NCBI RefSeq assembly: GCF_050920415.1
Contig: NZ_CP169309.1
Length of the DNA stretch: 64,000 nt
Strand: one strand, 5' to 3'
Source of the DNA: Escherichia coli
Lineage (GTDB): Bacteria > Pseudomonadota > Gammaproteobacteria > Enterobacterales > Enterobacteriaceae
A program made the position numbers and the translations under genes. How positions within the stretch are numbered: the stretch's first letter is position 1; the number at the start of each line of letters is the position of its first letter. Of the stretch, positions 46,444 through 59,046 are shown in pieces. The notes under the pieces are model-generated. The model saw nothing but the letters and a program-made list of their open reading frames with translations. It made no database searches and was not told where the DNA came from.

Positions 46444-47343
46444 ATGTCGCGAAAAGATGGGGTGTTGGCGCTACTGGTAGTGGTCGTATGGGGGCTAAAT
46501 TTTGTGGTCATCAAAGTGGGGCTTCATAACATGCCACCGCTGATGCTGGCCGGTTTGCGCTTTATGCTGGTCGCTTTTCCGGCCATCTTTTTTGTCGCAC
46601 GACCGAAAGTACCACTGAATTTGCTGCTGGGGTATGGATTAACCATCAGTTTTGCGCAGTTTGCCTTTCTGTTTTGCGCCATTAACTTTGGTATGCCTGC
46701 TGGACTGGCCTCGCTGGTGTTACAGGCACAGGCGTTTTTTACTATTGTGCTCGGTGCGTTTACTTTTGGCGAACGGCTGCACGGTAAGCAACTGGCGGGG
46801 ATCGCGTTAGCGATTTTTGGCGTACTGGTGTTAATCGAAGATAGTTTTAACGGTCAGCATGTGGCGATGCTCGGCTTTATGTTGACCCTGGCGGCAGCAT
46901 TTAGTTGGGCGTGCGGCAATATCTTCAATAAAAAAATAATGTCACACTCAACGCGTCCGGCAGTGATGTCGCTGGTCATCTGGAGCGCATTAATCCCGAT
47001 CATTCCTTTCTTTGTTGCCTCGCTGATTCTCGATGGTTCCGCAACCATGATTCACAGTCTGGTTACTATCGATATGACCACCATCTTGTCTCTGATGTAT
47101 CTGGCATTTGTGGCGACAATCGTTGGTTATGGGATCTGGGGGACGTTACTGGGACGCTATGAAACCTGGCGGGTTGCACCGCTATCGTTACTGGTGCCTG
47201 TAGTTGGACTGGCAAGTGCGGCACTATTGCTGGATGAACGCTTAACGGGTCTGCAATTTTTCGGTGCGGTGCTCATTATGACCGGGCTGTATATCAATGT
47301 ATTTGGCTTGCGGTGGCGTAAAGCCGTGAAAGTGAGAGGCTAA
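46444..47343 (+). CDS. eamA: O-acetylserine/cysteine exporter EamA (YdeD)
   Basis: 299 aa from ATG 46444 (MSRKDGVLALLVVVVWGLNF...). Confidence 0.9.
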   Translation: MSRKDGVLALLVVVVWGLNFVVIKVGLHNMPPLMLAGLRFMLVAFPAIFFVARPKVPLNLLLGYGLTISFAQFAFLFCAINFGMPAGLASLVLQAQAFFTIVLGAFTFGERLHGKQLAGIALAIFGVLVLIEDSFNGQHVAMLGFMLTLAAAFSWACGNIFNKKIMSHSTRPAVMSLVIWSALIPIIPFFVASLILDGSATMIHSLVTIDMTTILSLMYLAFVATIVGYGIWGTLLGRYETWRVAPLSLLVPVVGLASAALLLDERLTGLQFFGAVLIMTGLYINVFGLRWRKAVKVRG

Positions 47344-47373
47344 AAAGCCCCGAGATGTCGGGGCCAGAATAAA

Positions 47374-47592
47374 CTATATAGCGTGTTGATTATAATAGGG
47401 CACGCCAAGCGCATCCGATTTATCACTGCCTGTGCTCATGTGGTTAAAATCAAATGGTGATTGTTCCGGTGATGGGGGAACAACCACCACATTGCCACAG
47501 GAAGTAACAACCGGCTGCGTGGTTTGTTCCGCAAAGCTCTGCGCAGAGAAGAGAATAAGCGCGGTTACCATTGCGGATAAAAGTGGTTTCAT
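47374..47592 (-). CDS. marB: Multiple antibiotic resistance protein MarB
   Basis: 72-aa translation MKPLLSAMVTALILFSAQSFA... recognised as MarB. Confidence 0.9.
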   Translation of the reverse strand: MKPLLSAMVTALILFSAQSFAEQTTQPVVTSCGNVVVVPPSPEQSPFDFNHMSTGSDKSDALGVPYYNQHAI

Positions 47593-47623
47593 GATTGCCT
47601 CAGTGACGTTGTCACGTTATCAA

Positions 47624-48007
47624 CTAGCTGTTGTAATGATTTAATGGATGTAAAAAGCGCGATTCGCCCTGCATATTGGTCATCCGGTATTTATGTGGCG
47701 GAACATCAAAGTAATTTTTGAAGGTTCGGGTCAGAGTTTGTTGCGACTCGAAGCCATATCGTTCTGCCAGATAGAGTATCGGCTCGTTACTTTCCTTCAG
47801 CTTTTGCGCGATTTCCGTCATCTTACGGCTGCGGATGTATTGGCCTAATGAATGACCGGTTTCTTTTTTAAACATCCGTTGCAGGTGCCATTTGGAGTAA
47901 CCCGAACGCTCTGACACTTTCTCCAGTGACAGTGGCGATTCCAGGTTGTCCTCGATCCAGTCCAAAATGCTATGAATGGTAATAGCGTCAGTATTGCGTC
48001 TGGACAT
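47624..48007 (-). CDS. marA: AraC-family transcriptional activator MarA
   Basis: [46 protein letters not shown]... recognised as MarA. Confidence 0.95.
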
Positions 48008-48027
48008 CGTCATACCTCTTTTTTTGT

Positions 48028-48462
48028 TTACGGCAGGACTTTCTTAAGCAAATGCTCAAGTGTTGCCACTTCGTCCGCCGTCAGGTTTTTTGTTAATTCT
48101 TGATGCAGGTCCTGGCCAACTAATTGATGGCATTGTTTACATATTGCCGCGCCGCTGGTGGTAAGTTTTACCAGTACGCCGCGCTTATCATTCGGGTTCG
48201 GCAACCTTTCCACCCAGCCTTTACAAACCAGGCGATCCAGCATACGGGTCAGCGCTCCCAGGTCGACCGACAACACTTTTTTCAGTTCAACCGGAGTAAT
48301 ACACGACGCGCAGCGGATAGAGCAGAGCACCTTAAACTGTGCCGCGGTAATATCCAGCGGAGACAGATACTCGTTAAGCAGGCGATCTTTCTTCTGATTA
48401 ACCATATGGATTAAGCGACCCAATGGAATAATTTCATTGAACAGATCGCTGGTACTTTTCAC
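48028..48462 (-). CDS. marR: Transcriptional repressor MarR
   Basis: 144-aa translation recognised as MarR. Confidence 0.95.
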
Positions 48463-48673
48463 ATTAGTTGCCCTGGCAAGTAATTAGTTGCAGGGGATAA
48501 TATTGCCCAGGCAAGTATAAGTCAAATGAATGAATTGACCGATGCCACGTTTTGCTAAATCGGTTCAAGTTTTGGTCAATGCGATTCAAGGCTAGCTAAA
48601 GAGTGACACTTTATCGTTGTTTACCCCTTATACTTTTCGCTGATAACCCAGATACACAGGATAACAACCACTA
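48463..48673 (-). promoter_or_regulatory. marO operator/promoter region with two MarR-binding palindromes (TTGCC-N-GGCAA) and the divergent marC promoter
   Basis: ttgccctggcaa at about 48470-48481 and ttgcccaggcaa at about 48507-48518, between divergent marR and marC. Confidence 0.8.
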
Positions 48674-49339
48674 ATGTTAGATTTGTTTAAAGCAATAGGC
48701 CTGGGGCTGGTGGTGTTACTGCCGTTAGCTAACCCATTAACAACTGTCGCGTTATTTCTTGGTCTGGCAGGCAACATGAACAGTGCCGAACGTAATCGTC
48801 AGTCGTTGATGGCCTCGGTGTACGTCTTTGCCATCATGATGGTGGCGTATTACGCCGGGCAACTGGTGATGGATACATTTGGCATTTCGATTCCCGGTCT
48901 GCGAATTGCAGGCGGCTTAATCGTCGCGTTTATCGGTTTTCGGATGCTCTTTCCGCAACAGAAAGCGATTGATTCACCGGAAGCGAAAAGCAAGTCGGAA
49001 GAGCTGGAAGATGAACCCAGCGCCAATATTGCCTTTGTACCTCTGGCAATGCCTAGTACCGCCGGTCCGGGAACCATTGCGATGATTATTAGCTCGGCGT
49101 CCACTGTGCGTCAGAGTTCAACCTTCGCTGATTGGGTACTGATGGCTGCGCCGCCGCTGATCTTTTTCCTGGTGGCGGTTATTTTGTGGGGAAGTCTACG
49201 CAGCTCTGGCGCAATTATGCGGCTGGTGGGCAAGGGGGGAATTGAAGCGATCTCCCGTCTGATGGGATTCCTGCTGGTATGTATGGGTGTGCAGTTTATT
49301 ATTAACGGCATCCTGGAAATCATTAAAACGTATCATTAA
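48674..49339 (+). CDS. marC: Inner membrane protein MarC
   Basis: 221-aa translation recognised as MarC. Confidence 0.9.
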   Translation: MLDLFKAIGLGLVVLLPLANPLTTVALFLGLAGNMNSAERNRQSLMASVYVFAIMMVAYYAGQLVMDTFGISIPGLRIAGGLIVAFIGFRMLFPQQKAIDSPEAKSKSEELEDEPSANIAFVPLAMPSTAGPGTIAMIISSASTVRQSSTFADWVLMAAPPLIFFLVAVILWGSLRSSGAIMRLVGKGGIEAISRLMGFLLVCMGVQFIINGILEIIKTYH

Positions 49340-49363
49340 AAAAGGCCCGAATGGGCCTTTCAA

Positions 49364-50554
49364 CTATTGCGTCTGTTCTTCGAGTGTCACTGGCCAGCGG
49401 CGAAAAATGATGATTGACCATATTAACGCGGCAAAAGCAGGCACCGCGCCCACATAACCAATCATCGACATTGACCAGTGCAGACTGACCTGATTACCTA
49501 CCAACGCGCCAGCGCCGATTCCAATATTAAATATTCCCGAGAATAGCGCCATCGCGACGTCGGTGGCATCTGGTGCCAGCGCCAGCACTTTAACCTGCAT
49601 ACCAAGCCCGATGATCATCATCGCGATCCCCCAGAAAATACTCAGCACCCCGAGGTGTATTTCACTGTTCGCCGCAGTTAGCAGTAATGCAAGGCAGACC
49701 AGCAACAGCGCAATCGCCGTACTCACCAACGTAGACGCATACTGATTGCCCAGTTTACCGAAAATCACGCTGCCAATAATGCCTGCACCACCGAGTAATA
49801 ACAGTAATGCCGTGGCAAAGTTGGCGCTGAATCCCGCAATGTTTTGCACAAAAGGCTCGATATAGCTGTATGCCGTGTAATGGGCGGTGACAACCACCAC
49901 AGTTAACAAATAAATGCTCATCAATGCCGGGCGGCGGAACAATAGCGGAAGGCTTTTCAACGACCCTGAATGCTCGCTGGGGAGTAAGGGAAGTAACTTA
50001 ATCAGGCACAGAAGGGTGATAAATGCCCCGATACCGATCGCGAAGAAGGTCATACGCCAACCGAAATACTGCCCCACAATGCGCCCGAGAGGTAAACCTA
50101 ATACCATCGCCAGAGCTGTACCGGTGGCAATTAAACTCAATGCCTGTGCTCGCTTTCCGGCCGGAGCCATACGGATCGCCAGAGACGCCGTAATCGACCA
50201 GAAAATCGCATGTGCAAAAGCTACACCAATGCGACTGATCACCAGAACGGTAAAGCTCCACGACAAAAAAGACAGTACATGGCTGGCAATAAACACCACA
50301 AACAGGCAGATCAGTAATTTGCGGCGTTCAACCTGGCTTGTCATTAGCATAAAAGGCAATGACATTAGCGCCACTACCCATGCATAAATGGTTAACATGA
50401 TACCGACTTGAGCGGTTTGCATATGGAAACTTTGTGCGATGTCAGAAAGCAGGCCAACAGGGACAAATTCGGTAGTATTGAAGATGAAAGCGGCGACTGC
50501 CAGCGTAACTACCCGTAGCCACGCCACTTTGCGGGAAACAGTGTTTGTTGTCAT
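49364..50554 (-). CDS. sotB: MFS sugar efflux transporter SotB (YdeA)
   Basis: 396-aa translation recognised as SotB. Confidence 0.9.
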   Translation of the reverse strand: MTTNTVSRKVAWLRVVTLAVAAFIFNTTEFVPVGLLSDIAQSFHMQTAQVGIMLTIYAWVVALMSLPFMLMTSQVERRKLLICLFVVFIASHVLSFLSWSFTVLVISRIGVAFAHAIFWSITASLAIRMAPAGKRAQALSLIATGTALAMVLGLPLGRIVGQYFGWRMTFFAIGIGAFITLLCLIKLLPLLPSEHSGSLKSLPLLFRRPALMSIYLLTVVVVTAHYTAYSYIEPFVQNIAGFSANFATALLLLLGGAGIIGSVIFGKLGNQYASTLVSTAIALLLVCLALLLTAANSEIHLGVLSIFWGIAMMIIGLGMQVKVLALAPDATDVAMALFSGIFNIGIGAGALVGNQVSLHWSMSMIGYVGAVPAFAALIWSIIIFRRWPVTLEEQTQ

Positions 50555-50701
50555 AACAGATTATCGGGTGAGTTGCGAAAAGTAATGAAATGATCTTAAA
50601 ACGGTTAATGATGTGAATACAATGCATTTGTGATCTAGATCGCATCTCCATCTCTCTGACGGTTGTTCTGTCACGCGTCAGAGAGTTGTTAACATCACAT
50701 T

Positions 50702-51817
50702 TTAATGACGATCAGGAAGGTCTGGCGTTTTGGTGGCTGATGGTAAAGGTGGCCTCACAGGGGAACGAGGCCTGTTGTCCAGTAGTTCTTCGTTACTAAT
50801 TTTGGGCGGAATTTCATTTTTTACAAAAAGTTTTAAAATCTTGCGTGCCATACGATGGATACTTTTATCTTCACTTAATAATGCCGGTATCAACACATCA
50901 TTCAGGTCATTTTCATTAGGTTTCATAAAAATTTGAAAGTGCAATAACATATTTGTAAAAAATAAGAATAGACTCTGAAAGTGAGGTATTTCTTTGTTTG
51001 ATAAAAGCGATAAAAAGCAGATACAAACTTCAGGTAGTACTTGTTTGTTAGAACCTAATGAATCCATGAGGTTTTGTAATAACTCCTCTTTTAATGGGCT
51101 ATCCTTTATGTCGTAGATGGCGGTGATTAAGTTTGGGTTTTTATTCGCGAACCACCTGTGGACCTGCGGCTTATTCCATAGTCGGGGGAGTATGACAAAA
51201 TTACCACGAGAGATAAAGTTCAGTACGAATAAATCAAACTGACGTAAGTAGTCTGCAGCGGTATGATGCTCAGGAGGAAGAGGTTCAATATGTGGAGTAT
51301 GAGACCTTTTGATGGGGACGCCGGGGCTGATCATTGGAAATTGTTCAATAAAGTCATTAAGAAACAGAAAGAGCACACGCTCGACGCCGGTCTGAAAGGC
51401 CCGACCCATAGTGACAGGCTTTGGGTCGGGAGCACAATAAATATTAATTTCCCCATCGTGGCGAAAATTATCTAAATAAATAGGGCTTAAATTTATTACT
51501 ACCTGAAATTCAATATTTTCTTTATGTCTTCCATTCTTAACAGGATAAGTGAGTTTAAATTGAACCTTTTCATTGTATAGCGTGTCGTTATCTCGGAAAG
51601 TTGTCCTCTGTATATAAGATAGGTTATCAAGATTATTGAATATCTTTTTGGTGTTTGAATTGATGTTTAAAGACGTACGCCACTCCTCATCACATATTAT
51701 AATGCTGAGCGCATCAATAAAATCCTTCAAAACTTCTTTTACCTGAGGTGCAATATTGCGAACGGGAAAATCATCAGGAAGTGAGATGAAATTGCTGATG
51801 CTTACTGGCGTAACCAT
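50702..51817 (-). CDS. yneK: Uncharacterised protein YneK
   Basis: 371-aa ORF at the K-12 yneK position between sotB and yneJ. Confidence 0.75.
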   Translation of the reverse strand: MVTPVSISNFISLPDDFPVRNIAPQVKEVLKDFIDALSIIICDEEWRTSLNINSNTKKIFNNLDNLSYIQRTTFRDNDTLYNEKVQFKLTYPVKNGRHKENIEFQVVINLSPIYLDNFRHDGEINIYCAPDPKPVTMGRAFQTGVERVLFLFLNDFIEQFPMISPGVPIKRSHTPHIEPLPPEHHTAADYLRQFDLFVLNFISRGNFVILPRLWNKPQVHRWFANKNPNLITAIYDIKDSPLKEELLQNLMDSLGSNKQVLPEVCICFLSLLSNKEIPHFQSLFLFFTNMLLHFQIFMKPNENDLNDVLIPALLSEDKSIHRMARKILKLFVKNEIPPKISNEELLDNRPRSPVRPPLPSATKTPDLPDRH

Positions 51818-51900
51818 ATTTGCCCCATATAGTCATAAGTCATCGGAACATCAATATATAGAGCATATTAGCCGCATGAACTATCAAAAATAGCTCATTG

Positions 51901-52776
51901 CTAACTCTGTTTTGCTGAGTCAGGCACATCGAGCAGTTGAATAAACGCTTCAAGAGGACGCGTTTTCGCACCGCGACGCCAGACCAGCCAGGTTGTTAAC
52001 CAACGCCATTGCTCAGCCAACGGCCACGCTTCAACCTGGTGATGCCCCGGCATACTTTCCAGCATTGAGCGTGGGATAAGTGCAATGCCCGCACCCGCAA
52101 CCACACAGGCTAACATACCGTGATACGACTCCATTTCATGGATGGTCCCCGGCGCTGCACCGTCGGCATGAAACCAGCTCTCGAAGTGGCGACGATACGA
52201 ACAATTGGCGCGGAAGGCATAAATGTTACTGCCATTCACCTGACTGGCACGGGTTACTGGCGCATGTCCTTGAGGCGTGACAATCATCAGCTCCTCGCGG
52301 TACACCGGTATCCCGTCAATGGCAGTATGGTTAATGGGCCCATCAATAAACGCCGCATTCAGTTTTCCCTCCAGCACCCCTTCCAGCATAGTGCCGGAAG
52401 GGCCGGTGGAAAGTGAAAACTGAATTTTGGGATAACGACGGTTATATTCCGCCAGCGTGGCCGGAATGCGCACTGCAGCGGTGCTTTCCAGCGAACCAAG
52501 AGAAAATAAACCTTGCGGCTCATCGCCAGCGACAACGCTCCGCGCTTCATCCACTAACGCGAGAATTTGTTGGCTATAGCGTAAAAAGTTATGCCCGGCA
52601 GGCGAGAGACGTAAACGCTGATTCTCGCGAATAAACAGATCAACCCCCAGTTCTGTTTCCAGCTGGCGTAGACGGGTAGTGAGATTCGACGGGACGCGAT
52701 GCACTTTTGCTGCAGCCTGGGTAATGCTGCCAGCTTCGGCAACCGCGTTGAACATCTCCAGTTGGGTCAGATCCAT
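51901..52776 (-). CDS. yneJ: LysR-type transcriptional regulator YneJ
   Basis: N-terminal LysR HTH; divergent from sad. Confidence 0.85.
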   Translation of the reverse strand: MDLTQLEMFNAVAEAGSITQAAAKVHRVPSNLTTRLRQLETELGVDLFIRENQRLRLSPAGHNFLRYSQQILALVDEARSVVAGDEPQGLFSLGSLESTAAVRIPATLAEYNRRYPKIQFSLSTGPSGTMLEGVLEGKLNAAFIDGPINHTAIDGIPVYREELMIVTPQGHAPVTRASQVNGSNIYAFRANCSYRRHFESWFHADGAAPGTIHEMESYHGMLACVVAGAGIALIPRSMLESMPGHHQVEAWPLAEQWRWLTTWLVWRRGAKTRPLEAFIQLLDVPDSAKQS

Positions 52777-52876
52777 GGCATTCTCAATTCGTGAATAAGT
52801 GGCTTAATATTATTCATTTTCAAGCAAGAGTAAATCTGCGTATCTTTTTACCATAACCCATAAAGGAGATACCCCG

Positions 52877-54265
52877 ATGACCATTACTCCGGCAGCCCAT
52901 GCAATTTCGATAAATCCTGCCACTGGTGAACAACTTTCTGTGCTGCCGTGGGCTGGCGCTGACGATATAGAAAACGCACTTCAGCTGGCGGCAGCAGGCT
53001 TTCGCGACTGGCGCGAGACAAATATAGATTATCGTGCTGAAAAACTGCGTGATATCGGTAAGGCTCTGCGCGCCCGTAGCGAAGAAATGGCGCAAATGAT
53101 TACCCGGGAAATGGGCAAACCGATCAACCAGGCGCGTGCTGAAGTGGCGAAATCGGCGAATTTGTGTGACTGGTATGCAGAATATGGTCCGGCGATGCTG
53201 AAGGCGGAACCTACGCTGGTGGAAAATCAGCAGGCGGTTATTGAGTATCGACCGTTGGGGACGATTCTGGCGATTATGCCGTGGAATTTTCCGTTATGGC
53301 AGGTGATGCGTGGCGCGGTGCCCATCATTCTTGCAGGTAACGGCTACTTACTTAAACATGCGCCGAATGTGATGGGCTGTGCACAGCTCATTGCCCAGGT
53401 GTTTAAAGATGCGGGGATCCCGCAAGGCGTATATGGCTGGCTGAATGCTGACAACGACGGTGTCAGTCAGATGATTAAAGACTCGCGCATTGCTGCTGTC
53501 ACAGTGACCGGAAGTGTTCGTGCGGGAGCGGCTATTGGCGCACAGGCTGGAGCGGCACTGAAAAAATGTGTACTGGAACTGGGCGGTTCGGATCCGTTTA
53601 TTGTACTTAACGATGCCGATCTGGAACTGGCGGTTAAAGCGGCGGTAGCCGGACGTTATCAGAATACTGGACAGGTTTGTGCGGCGGCAAAACGCTTTAT
53701 CATCGAAGAGGGAATTGCTTCGGCATTTACTGAACGTTTTGTAGCAGCTGCGGCAGCCTTGAAAATGGGCGATCCACGTGATGAAGAGAACGATCTCGGA
53801 CCCATGGCTCGCTTTGATTTGCGTGATGAGCTACATCATCAGGTAGAAAAAACTCTGGCTCAAGGTGCACGTTTGTTACTGGGCGGGGAAAAGCTGGCTG
53901 GGGCAGGTAACTACTATCCGCCAACGGTTCTGTCGAATGTCACACCAGAAATGACTGCATTTCGGGAAGAGATGTTTGGCCCCGTTGCGGCAATCACTAT
54001 TGCAAAGGATGCAGAACATGCGCTGGAACTGGCTAATGATAGCGAGTTCGGTCTTTCAGCGACCATTTTCACCACCGACGAAACACGGGCCAGACAGATG
54101 GCGGCACATCTGGAATGCGGTGGCGTGTTTATCAATGGTTATTGTGCCAGTGATGCGCGAGTTGCCTTTGGTGGCGTGAAGAAGAGTGGCTTTGGTCGTG
54201 AACTTTCCCATTTCGGTTTACATGAGTTCTGTAATATCCAGACGGTGTGGAAAGACCGGATCTGA
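52877..54265 (+). CDS. sad: NAD-dependent succinate-semialdehyde dehydrogenase Sad (YneI)
   Basis: 462-aa aldehyde dehydrogenase recognised as Sad. Confidence 0.9.
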   Translation: MTITPAAHAISINPATGEQLSVLPWAGADDIENALQLAAAGFRDWRETNIDYRAEKLRDIGKALRARSEEMAQMITREMGKPINQARAEVAKSANLCDWYAEYGPAMLKAEPTLVENQQAVIEYRPLGTILAIMPWNFPLWQVMRGAVPIILAGNGYLLKHAPNVMGCAQLIAQVFKDAGIPQGVYGWLNADNDGVSQMIKDSRIAAVTVTGSVRAGAAIGAQAGAALKKCVLELGGSDPFIVLNDADLELAVKAAVAGRYQNTGQVCAAAKRFIIEEGIASAFTERFVAAAAALKMGDPRDEENDLGPMARFDLRDELHHQVEKTLAQGARLLLGGEKLAGAGNYYPPTVLSNVTPEMTAFREEMFGPVAAITIAKDAEHALELANDSEFGLSATIFTTDETRARQMAAHLECGGVFINGYCASDARVAFGGVKKSGFGRELSHFGLHEFCNIQTVWKDRI

Positions 54266-54328
54266 CGCTACATATTCAGCTCTGATATACTCGCAGGTCT
54301 TTTCAGACCTGCGGTCCAGGAGTAGAAA

Positions 54329-55255
54329 GTGGCAGTCGCCATGGATAATGCAATTTTAGAAAACATCTTGCGGCAAGTGCGGCCGCTCATTGGTCAGGGT
54401 AAAGTCGCGGATTATATTCCGGCGTTGGCTACGGTAGACGGTTCCCGGCTGGGCATAGCTATCTGTACCGTTGACGGACAGCTTTTTCAGGCCGGAGACG
54501 CACAAGAACGTTTTTCCATTCAGTCTATTTCCAAAGTGCTTAGTCTCGTTGTCGCCATGCGTCATTACTCCGAAGAGGAAATCTGGCAACGCGTCGGCAA
54601 AGATCCGTCTGGATCACCGTTCAATTCTTTAGTGCAACTGGAAATGGAGCAGGGTATTCCGCGTAATCCGTTTATTAATGCCGGTGCGCTGGTGGTCTGC
54701 GATATGTTGCAAGGGCGATTAAGCGCGCCACGGCAACGTATGCTGGAAGTCGTGCGCGGCTTAAGCGGTGTGTCTGATATTTCCTACGATACGGTGGTAG
54801 CGCGTTCCGAATTTGAACACTCCGCGCGAAATGCGGCTATCGCCTGGCTGATGAAGTCGTTTGGCAATTTCCATCATGACGTGACAACCGTTCTGCAAAA
54901 CTACTTTCATTACTGCGCTCTGAAAATGAGCTGTATAGAGCTGGCCCGGACGTTTGTCTTTCTGGCTAATCAGGGGAAAGCTATTCATATTGATGAACCT
55001 GTGGTGACGCCAATGCAGGCGCGGCAAATTAACGCGCTGATGGCGACCAGTGGTATGTACCAGAACGCGGGGGAGTTTGCCTGGCGGGTGGGACTACCGG
55101 CAAAATCTGGCGTTGGTGGCGGTATTGTGGCGATTGTTCCGCATGAAATGGCCATCGCAGTCTGGAGCCCGGAACTGGATGATGCCGGTAACTCGCTTGC
55201 GGGCATTGCTGTCCTTGAACAATTAACGAAACAATTAGGGCGTTCGGTTTATTAA
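54329..55255 (+). CDS. glsB: Glutaminase 2 (GlsB/YneH)
   Basis: 308-aa translation recognised as GlsB. Confidence 0.9.
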   Translation: MAVAMDNAILENILRQVRPLIGQGKVADYIPALATVDGSRLGIAICTVDGQLFQAGDAQERFSIQSISKVLSLVVAMRHYSEEEIWQRVGKDPSGSPFNSLVQLEMEQGIPRNPFINAGALVVCDMLQGRLSAPRQRMLEVVRGLSGVSDISYDTVVARSEFEHSARNAAIAWLMKSFGNFHHDVTTVLQNYFHYCALKMSCIELARTFVFLANQGKAIHIDEPVVTPMQARQINALMATSGMYQNAGEFAWRVGLPAKSGVGGGIVAIVPHEMAIAVWSPELDDAGNSLAGIAVLEQLTKQLGRSVY

Positions 55256-55614
55256 TGCAGTCTCTCGATCCACTCTTCGCGCGTTTATCCCGTTCAAAAT
55301 TTCGCTCTCGCTTTCGTTTGGGTGTGAAAGAGCGTCAGTATTGTCTGGAGAAAGGCGCGCCAGTCATCGAACAACATGCGGCGGATTTTGTCTCTAAACG
55401 TCTTGCTCCGGCATTACCGGCTAACGACGGTAAGCAAACCCCCATGCGCGGGCATCCGGTGTTTATCGCTCAGCACGCCACTGCAACCTGTTGTCGCGGT
55501 TGTCTGGCTAAGTGGCATAACATTCCGCAGGGTGTTTCGTTAAGCGAGGAACAACAACGTTATATCGTGTCGGTAATCTATCACTGGTTGGTTATACAGA
55601 TGAATCAGCCATGA
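55255..55614 (+). CDS. yneG: Uncharacterised protein YneG
   Basis: 119-aa ORF overlapping the glsB stop. Confidence 0.8.
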   Translation: MQSLDPLFARLSRSKFRSRFRLGVKERQYCLEKGAPVIEQHAADFVSKRLAPALPANDGKQTPMRGHPVFIAQHATATCCRGCLAKWHNIPQGVSLSEEQQRYIVSVIYHWLVIQMNQP

Positions 55615-55752
55615 TAATTGCGGAAAACGATAAAATAGCATTCCCAGGATATCTTTATTTGCCGCCGCTATCAGCGAACATGCTATCCTTTATGAGAATT
55701 TACTTATTACGTTGAGATAATTGCCACCCGCAATTGTATGGACAGATAATTA

Positions 55753-57171
55753 ATGCATGTACAGCCCATTTCAACTTTCCGTTTGTTCCAGGAAGGTCAT
55801 CTGCTACGTAATAGCATCGCTATTTTTGTGCTAACCACGCTGTTCTATTTTATTGGTGCAGAGTTACGGCTGGTTCACGAACTTTCTCTTTTCTGGCCGC
55901 TGAATGGCGTAATGGCGGGGGTGTTTGCCCGCTATGTCTGGCTTAATCGACTGCATTACTATGCGATCAGTTATGTGGCAATGCTGGTTTATGATGCCAT
56001 AACCACCGAATGGGGGCTGGTTTCACTGGCTATCAATTTCTCCAATATGATGTTTATTGTTACCGTCGCCTTACTGGTCGCGCGGGATAAGCGTCTGGGG
56101 AAAAATAAGTACGAGCCAGTAAGTGCCTTACGGCTATTTAATTACTGTCTGATTGCCGCATTATTATGCGCTATTGTCGGGGCGATTGGTTCGGTCAGTA
56201 TTGATAGTCTGGATTTCTGGCCTTTGCTTGCCGACTGGTTCAGTGAGCAATTCTCAACGGGCGTGTTGATCGTGCCTTGTATGCTGACGTTGGCAATTCC
56301 TGGAGTGCTGCCGCGCTTTAAAGCAGAACAGATGATGCCCGCCATCGCGCTCATTGTGTCGGTTATTGCCTCGGTAGTCATTGGCGGAGCGGGGAGTCTG
56401 GCGTTCCCGCTGCCTGCATTAATCTGGTGTGCAGTGCGCTATACGCCGCAGGTAACATGTCTGTTGACCTTTGTCACCGGTGCGGTGGAAATCGTACTGG
56501 TGGCAAATTCGGTGATTGATATCTCGGTCGGTTCGCCGTTCTCCATTCCGCAAATGTTCTCCGCACGTCTCGGTATTGCCACGATGGCGATATGCCCAAT
56601 TATGGTTTCTTTTAGCGTGGCAGCGATCAATTCGCTAATGAAGCAAGTTGCGCTGCGAGCCGACTTTGATTTTCTGACTCAGGTTTACTCACGGTCCGGT
56701 CTTTATGAGGCGCTGAAAAGTCCATCGCTGAAACAGACACAACATCTGACTGTCATGCTGCTTGATATCGACTATTTCAAAAGCATTAACGATAACTATG
56801 GACATGAATGTGGCGATAAAGTGTTAAGCGTGTTTGCCCAGCATATTCAAAAGATTGTCGGTGATAAGGGGCTGGTGGCGCGAATGGGCGGCGAAGAATT
56901 TGCTGTTGCAGTGCCATCGGTGAATCCTGTCGATGGTCTGCTAATGGCGGAAAAAATCCGTAAAGGCGTTGAACTGCAACCGTTCACCTGGCAACAAAAA
57001 ACGCTTTATCTCACGGTAAGTATTGGCGTCGGTAGTGGTTGCGCATCGTACCGAACGCTGACCGATGACTTTAATAAATTGATGGTCGAAGCCGATACAT
57101 GTCTGTATCGCTCGAAGAAAGATGGGCGCAACCGTACCAGCACTATGCGTTACGGTGAGGAAGTTGTCTGA
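55753..57171 (+). CDS. dgcF: Membrane-anchored diguanylate cyclase DgcF (YneF)
   Basis: N-terminal multi-TM domain plus C-terminal GGDEF domain (RMGGEEFAVAV). Confidence 0.85.
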   Translation: MHVQPISTFRLFQEGHLLRNSIAIFVLTTLFYFIGAELRLVHELSLFWPLNGVMAGVFARYVWLNRLHYYAISYVAMLVYDAITTEWGLVSLAINFSNMMFIVTVALLVARDKRLGKNKYEPVSALRLFNYCLIAALLCAIVGAIGSVSIDSLDFWPLLADWFSEQFSTGVLIVPCMLTLAIPGVLPRFKAEQMMPAIALIVSVIASVVIGGAGSLAFPLPALIWCAVRYTPQVTCLLTFVTGAVEIVLVANSVIDISVGSPFSIPQMFSARLGIATMAICPIMVSFSVAAINSLMKQVALRADFDFLTQVYSRSGLYEALKSPSLKQTQHLTVMLLDIDYFKSINDNYGHECGDKVLSVFAQHIQKIVGDKGLVARMGGEEFAVAVPSVNPVDGLLMAEKIRKGVELQPFTWQQKTLYLTVSIGVGSGCASYRTLTDDFNKLMVEADTCLYRSKKDGRNRTSTMRYGEEVV

Positions 57172-57398
57172 CATCTTTATTTATGCAGAGCGATTTTAAC
57201 GGAATGTGTTCTACCACTTTATTGAGCGAATAAAAGGCGTAGTTCCTCGATTAAACCATGATCCGCGCCACACTTTTCTCATAAAACTGCTCATTAATCA
57301 TCAGGAGTTGATCAAAACAGGGGTTCGGCGTATTAAAGTTTGCTAACCTGTCGTACCAATTCAAACAGGTTGTATGACTAATCAGAAGGGAACCCATT

Positions 57399-58850
57399 GT
57401 GAAAACACTAAATCGTCGCGATTTTCCCGGTGCACAGTATCCAGAACGTATCATTCAGTTTGGTGAAGGTAACTTCCTGCGCGCCTTTGTTGACTGGCAA
57501 ATCGATCTCCTGAATGAGCACACCGATCTGAATTCTGGCGTGGTCGTTGTTCGTCCGATTGAAACTTCATTCCCGCCGTCATTGAGCACGCAGGATGGTC
57601 TTTACACCACTATTATCCGTGGCCTGAACGAGAAGGGTGAAGCGGTCAGCGACGCGCGTCTGATTCGCTCTGTTAATCGTGAAATCAGCGTCTACAGTGA
57701 ATACGATGAATTCCTGAAACTGGCGCACAACCCGGAAATGCGCTTTGTTTTCTCTAACACTACCGAAGCGGGTATCAGCTACCATGCGGGCGATAAATTC
57801 GATGACGCGCCAGCGGTAAGTTATCCGGCAAAACTGACCCGTCTGCTGTTCGAACGTTTTAGCCATTTCAACGGAGCGCAGGATAAAGGTTGGATCATCA
57901 TCCCATGTGAACTGATCGACTATAACGGCGATGCACTGCGTGAACTGGTGCTGCGCTACGCGCAAGAGTGGGCACTACCAGAAGCATTTATTCAATGGCT
58001 GGATCAGGCTAACAGCTTCTGTTCTACGCTGGTGGACCGTATCGTTACCGGTTATCCGCATGATGAAGTGGCTAAACTGGAAGAAGAACTGGGTTATCAC
58101 GATGGTTTCCTCGACACCGCTGAACACTTTTACCTGTTTGTGATTCAGGGGCCGAAATCCTTAGCGACTGAGCTGCGTCTGGACAAATATCCGCTCAACG
58201 TGCTGATTGTTGACGATATTAAACCGTATAAAGAGCGCAAAGTGGCAATCCTCAACGGTGCACACACGGCGCTGGTGCCGGTGGCGTTCCAGGCAGGGCT
58301 GGATACTGTAGGTGAAGCGATGAACGATGCTGAAATTTGCGCATTCGTTGAAAAAGCCATCTATGAAGAGATTATTCCGGTACTGGATTTGCCTCGTGAT
58401 GAACTGGAATCTTTCGCCAGTGCAGTCACCGGGCGTTTCCGTAACCCGTACATCAAGCATCAGCTGCTGTCTATCGCGCTCAACGGTATGACTAAGTTCC
58501 GCACCCGCATCCTGCCGCAGCTGCTGGCAGGGCAGAAGGCAAACGGCACACTACCGGCGCGCCTTACTTTCGCATTAGCGGCATTGATTGCGTTCTATCG
58601 CGGTGAGCGTAACGGAGAAGCGTATCCGGTACAGGACGATGCACACTGGCTGGAACGTTATCAGCAACTCTGGAGCCAGCATCGTGACCGTGTTATCGGT
58701 ACCCAGGAACTGGTTGCTATTGTGTTGGCAGAAAAAGACCACTGGGAGCAGGACCTGACGCAAGTGCCTGGTCTGGTCGAGCAGGTTGCTAATGACCTGG
58801 ATGCGATTCTCGAAAAAGGGATGCGCGAAGCTGTTCGTCCGTTGTGCTAA
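57399..58850 (+). CDS. uxaB: Altronate oxidoreductase UxaB
   Basis: 483-aa translation recognised as UxaB. Confidence 0.9.
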   Translation: MKTLNRRDFPGAQYPERIIQFGEGNFLRAFVDWQIDLLNEHTDLNSGVVVVRPIETSFPPSLSTQDGLYTTIIRGLNEKGEAVSDARLIRSVNREISVYSEYDEFLKLAHNPEMRFVFSNTTEAGISYHAGDKFDDAPAVSYPAKLTRLLFERFSHFNGAQDKGWIIIPCELIDYNGDALRELVLRYAQEWALPEAFIQWLDQANSFCSTLVDRIVTGYPHDEVAKLEEELGYHDGFLDTAEHFYLFVIQGPKSLATELRLDKYPLNVLIVDDIKPYKERKVAILNGAHTALVPVAFQAGLDTVGEAMNDAEICAFVEKAIYEEIIPVLDLPRDELESFASAVTGRFRNPYIKHQLLSIALNGMTKFRTRILPQLLAGQKANGTLPARLTFALAALIAFYRGERNGEAYPVQDDAHWLERYQQLWSQHRDRVIGTQELVAIVLAEKDHWEQDLTQVPGLVEQVANDLDAILEKGMREAVRPLC

Positions 58851-59046
58851 TACTTTGAACCCGGTTTCGACCGGGTTTCTTATTTCACTATATTAGTTAC
58901 AACATCCTATGTGCCTTTATCATTAACAGGTGCCACATGCAGCACCTGTTAATGTTGTAAGCTTGTAGGTAATTTGTAAGTAGTGTCTTGAGAATGTGAT
59001 CGTAATCACGTTTAATAGGGCGACTTTTCCACGCCTGAAGATAACC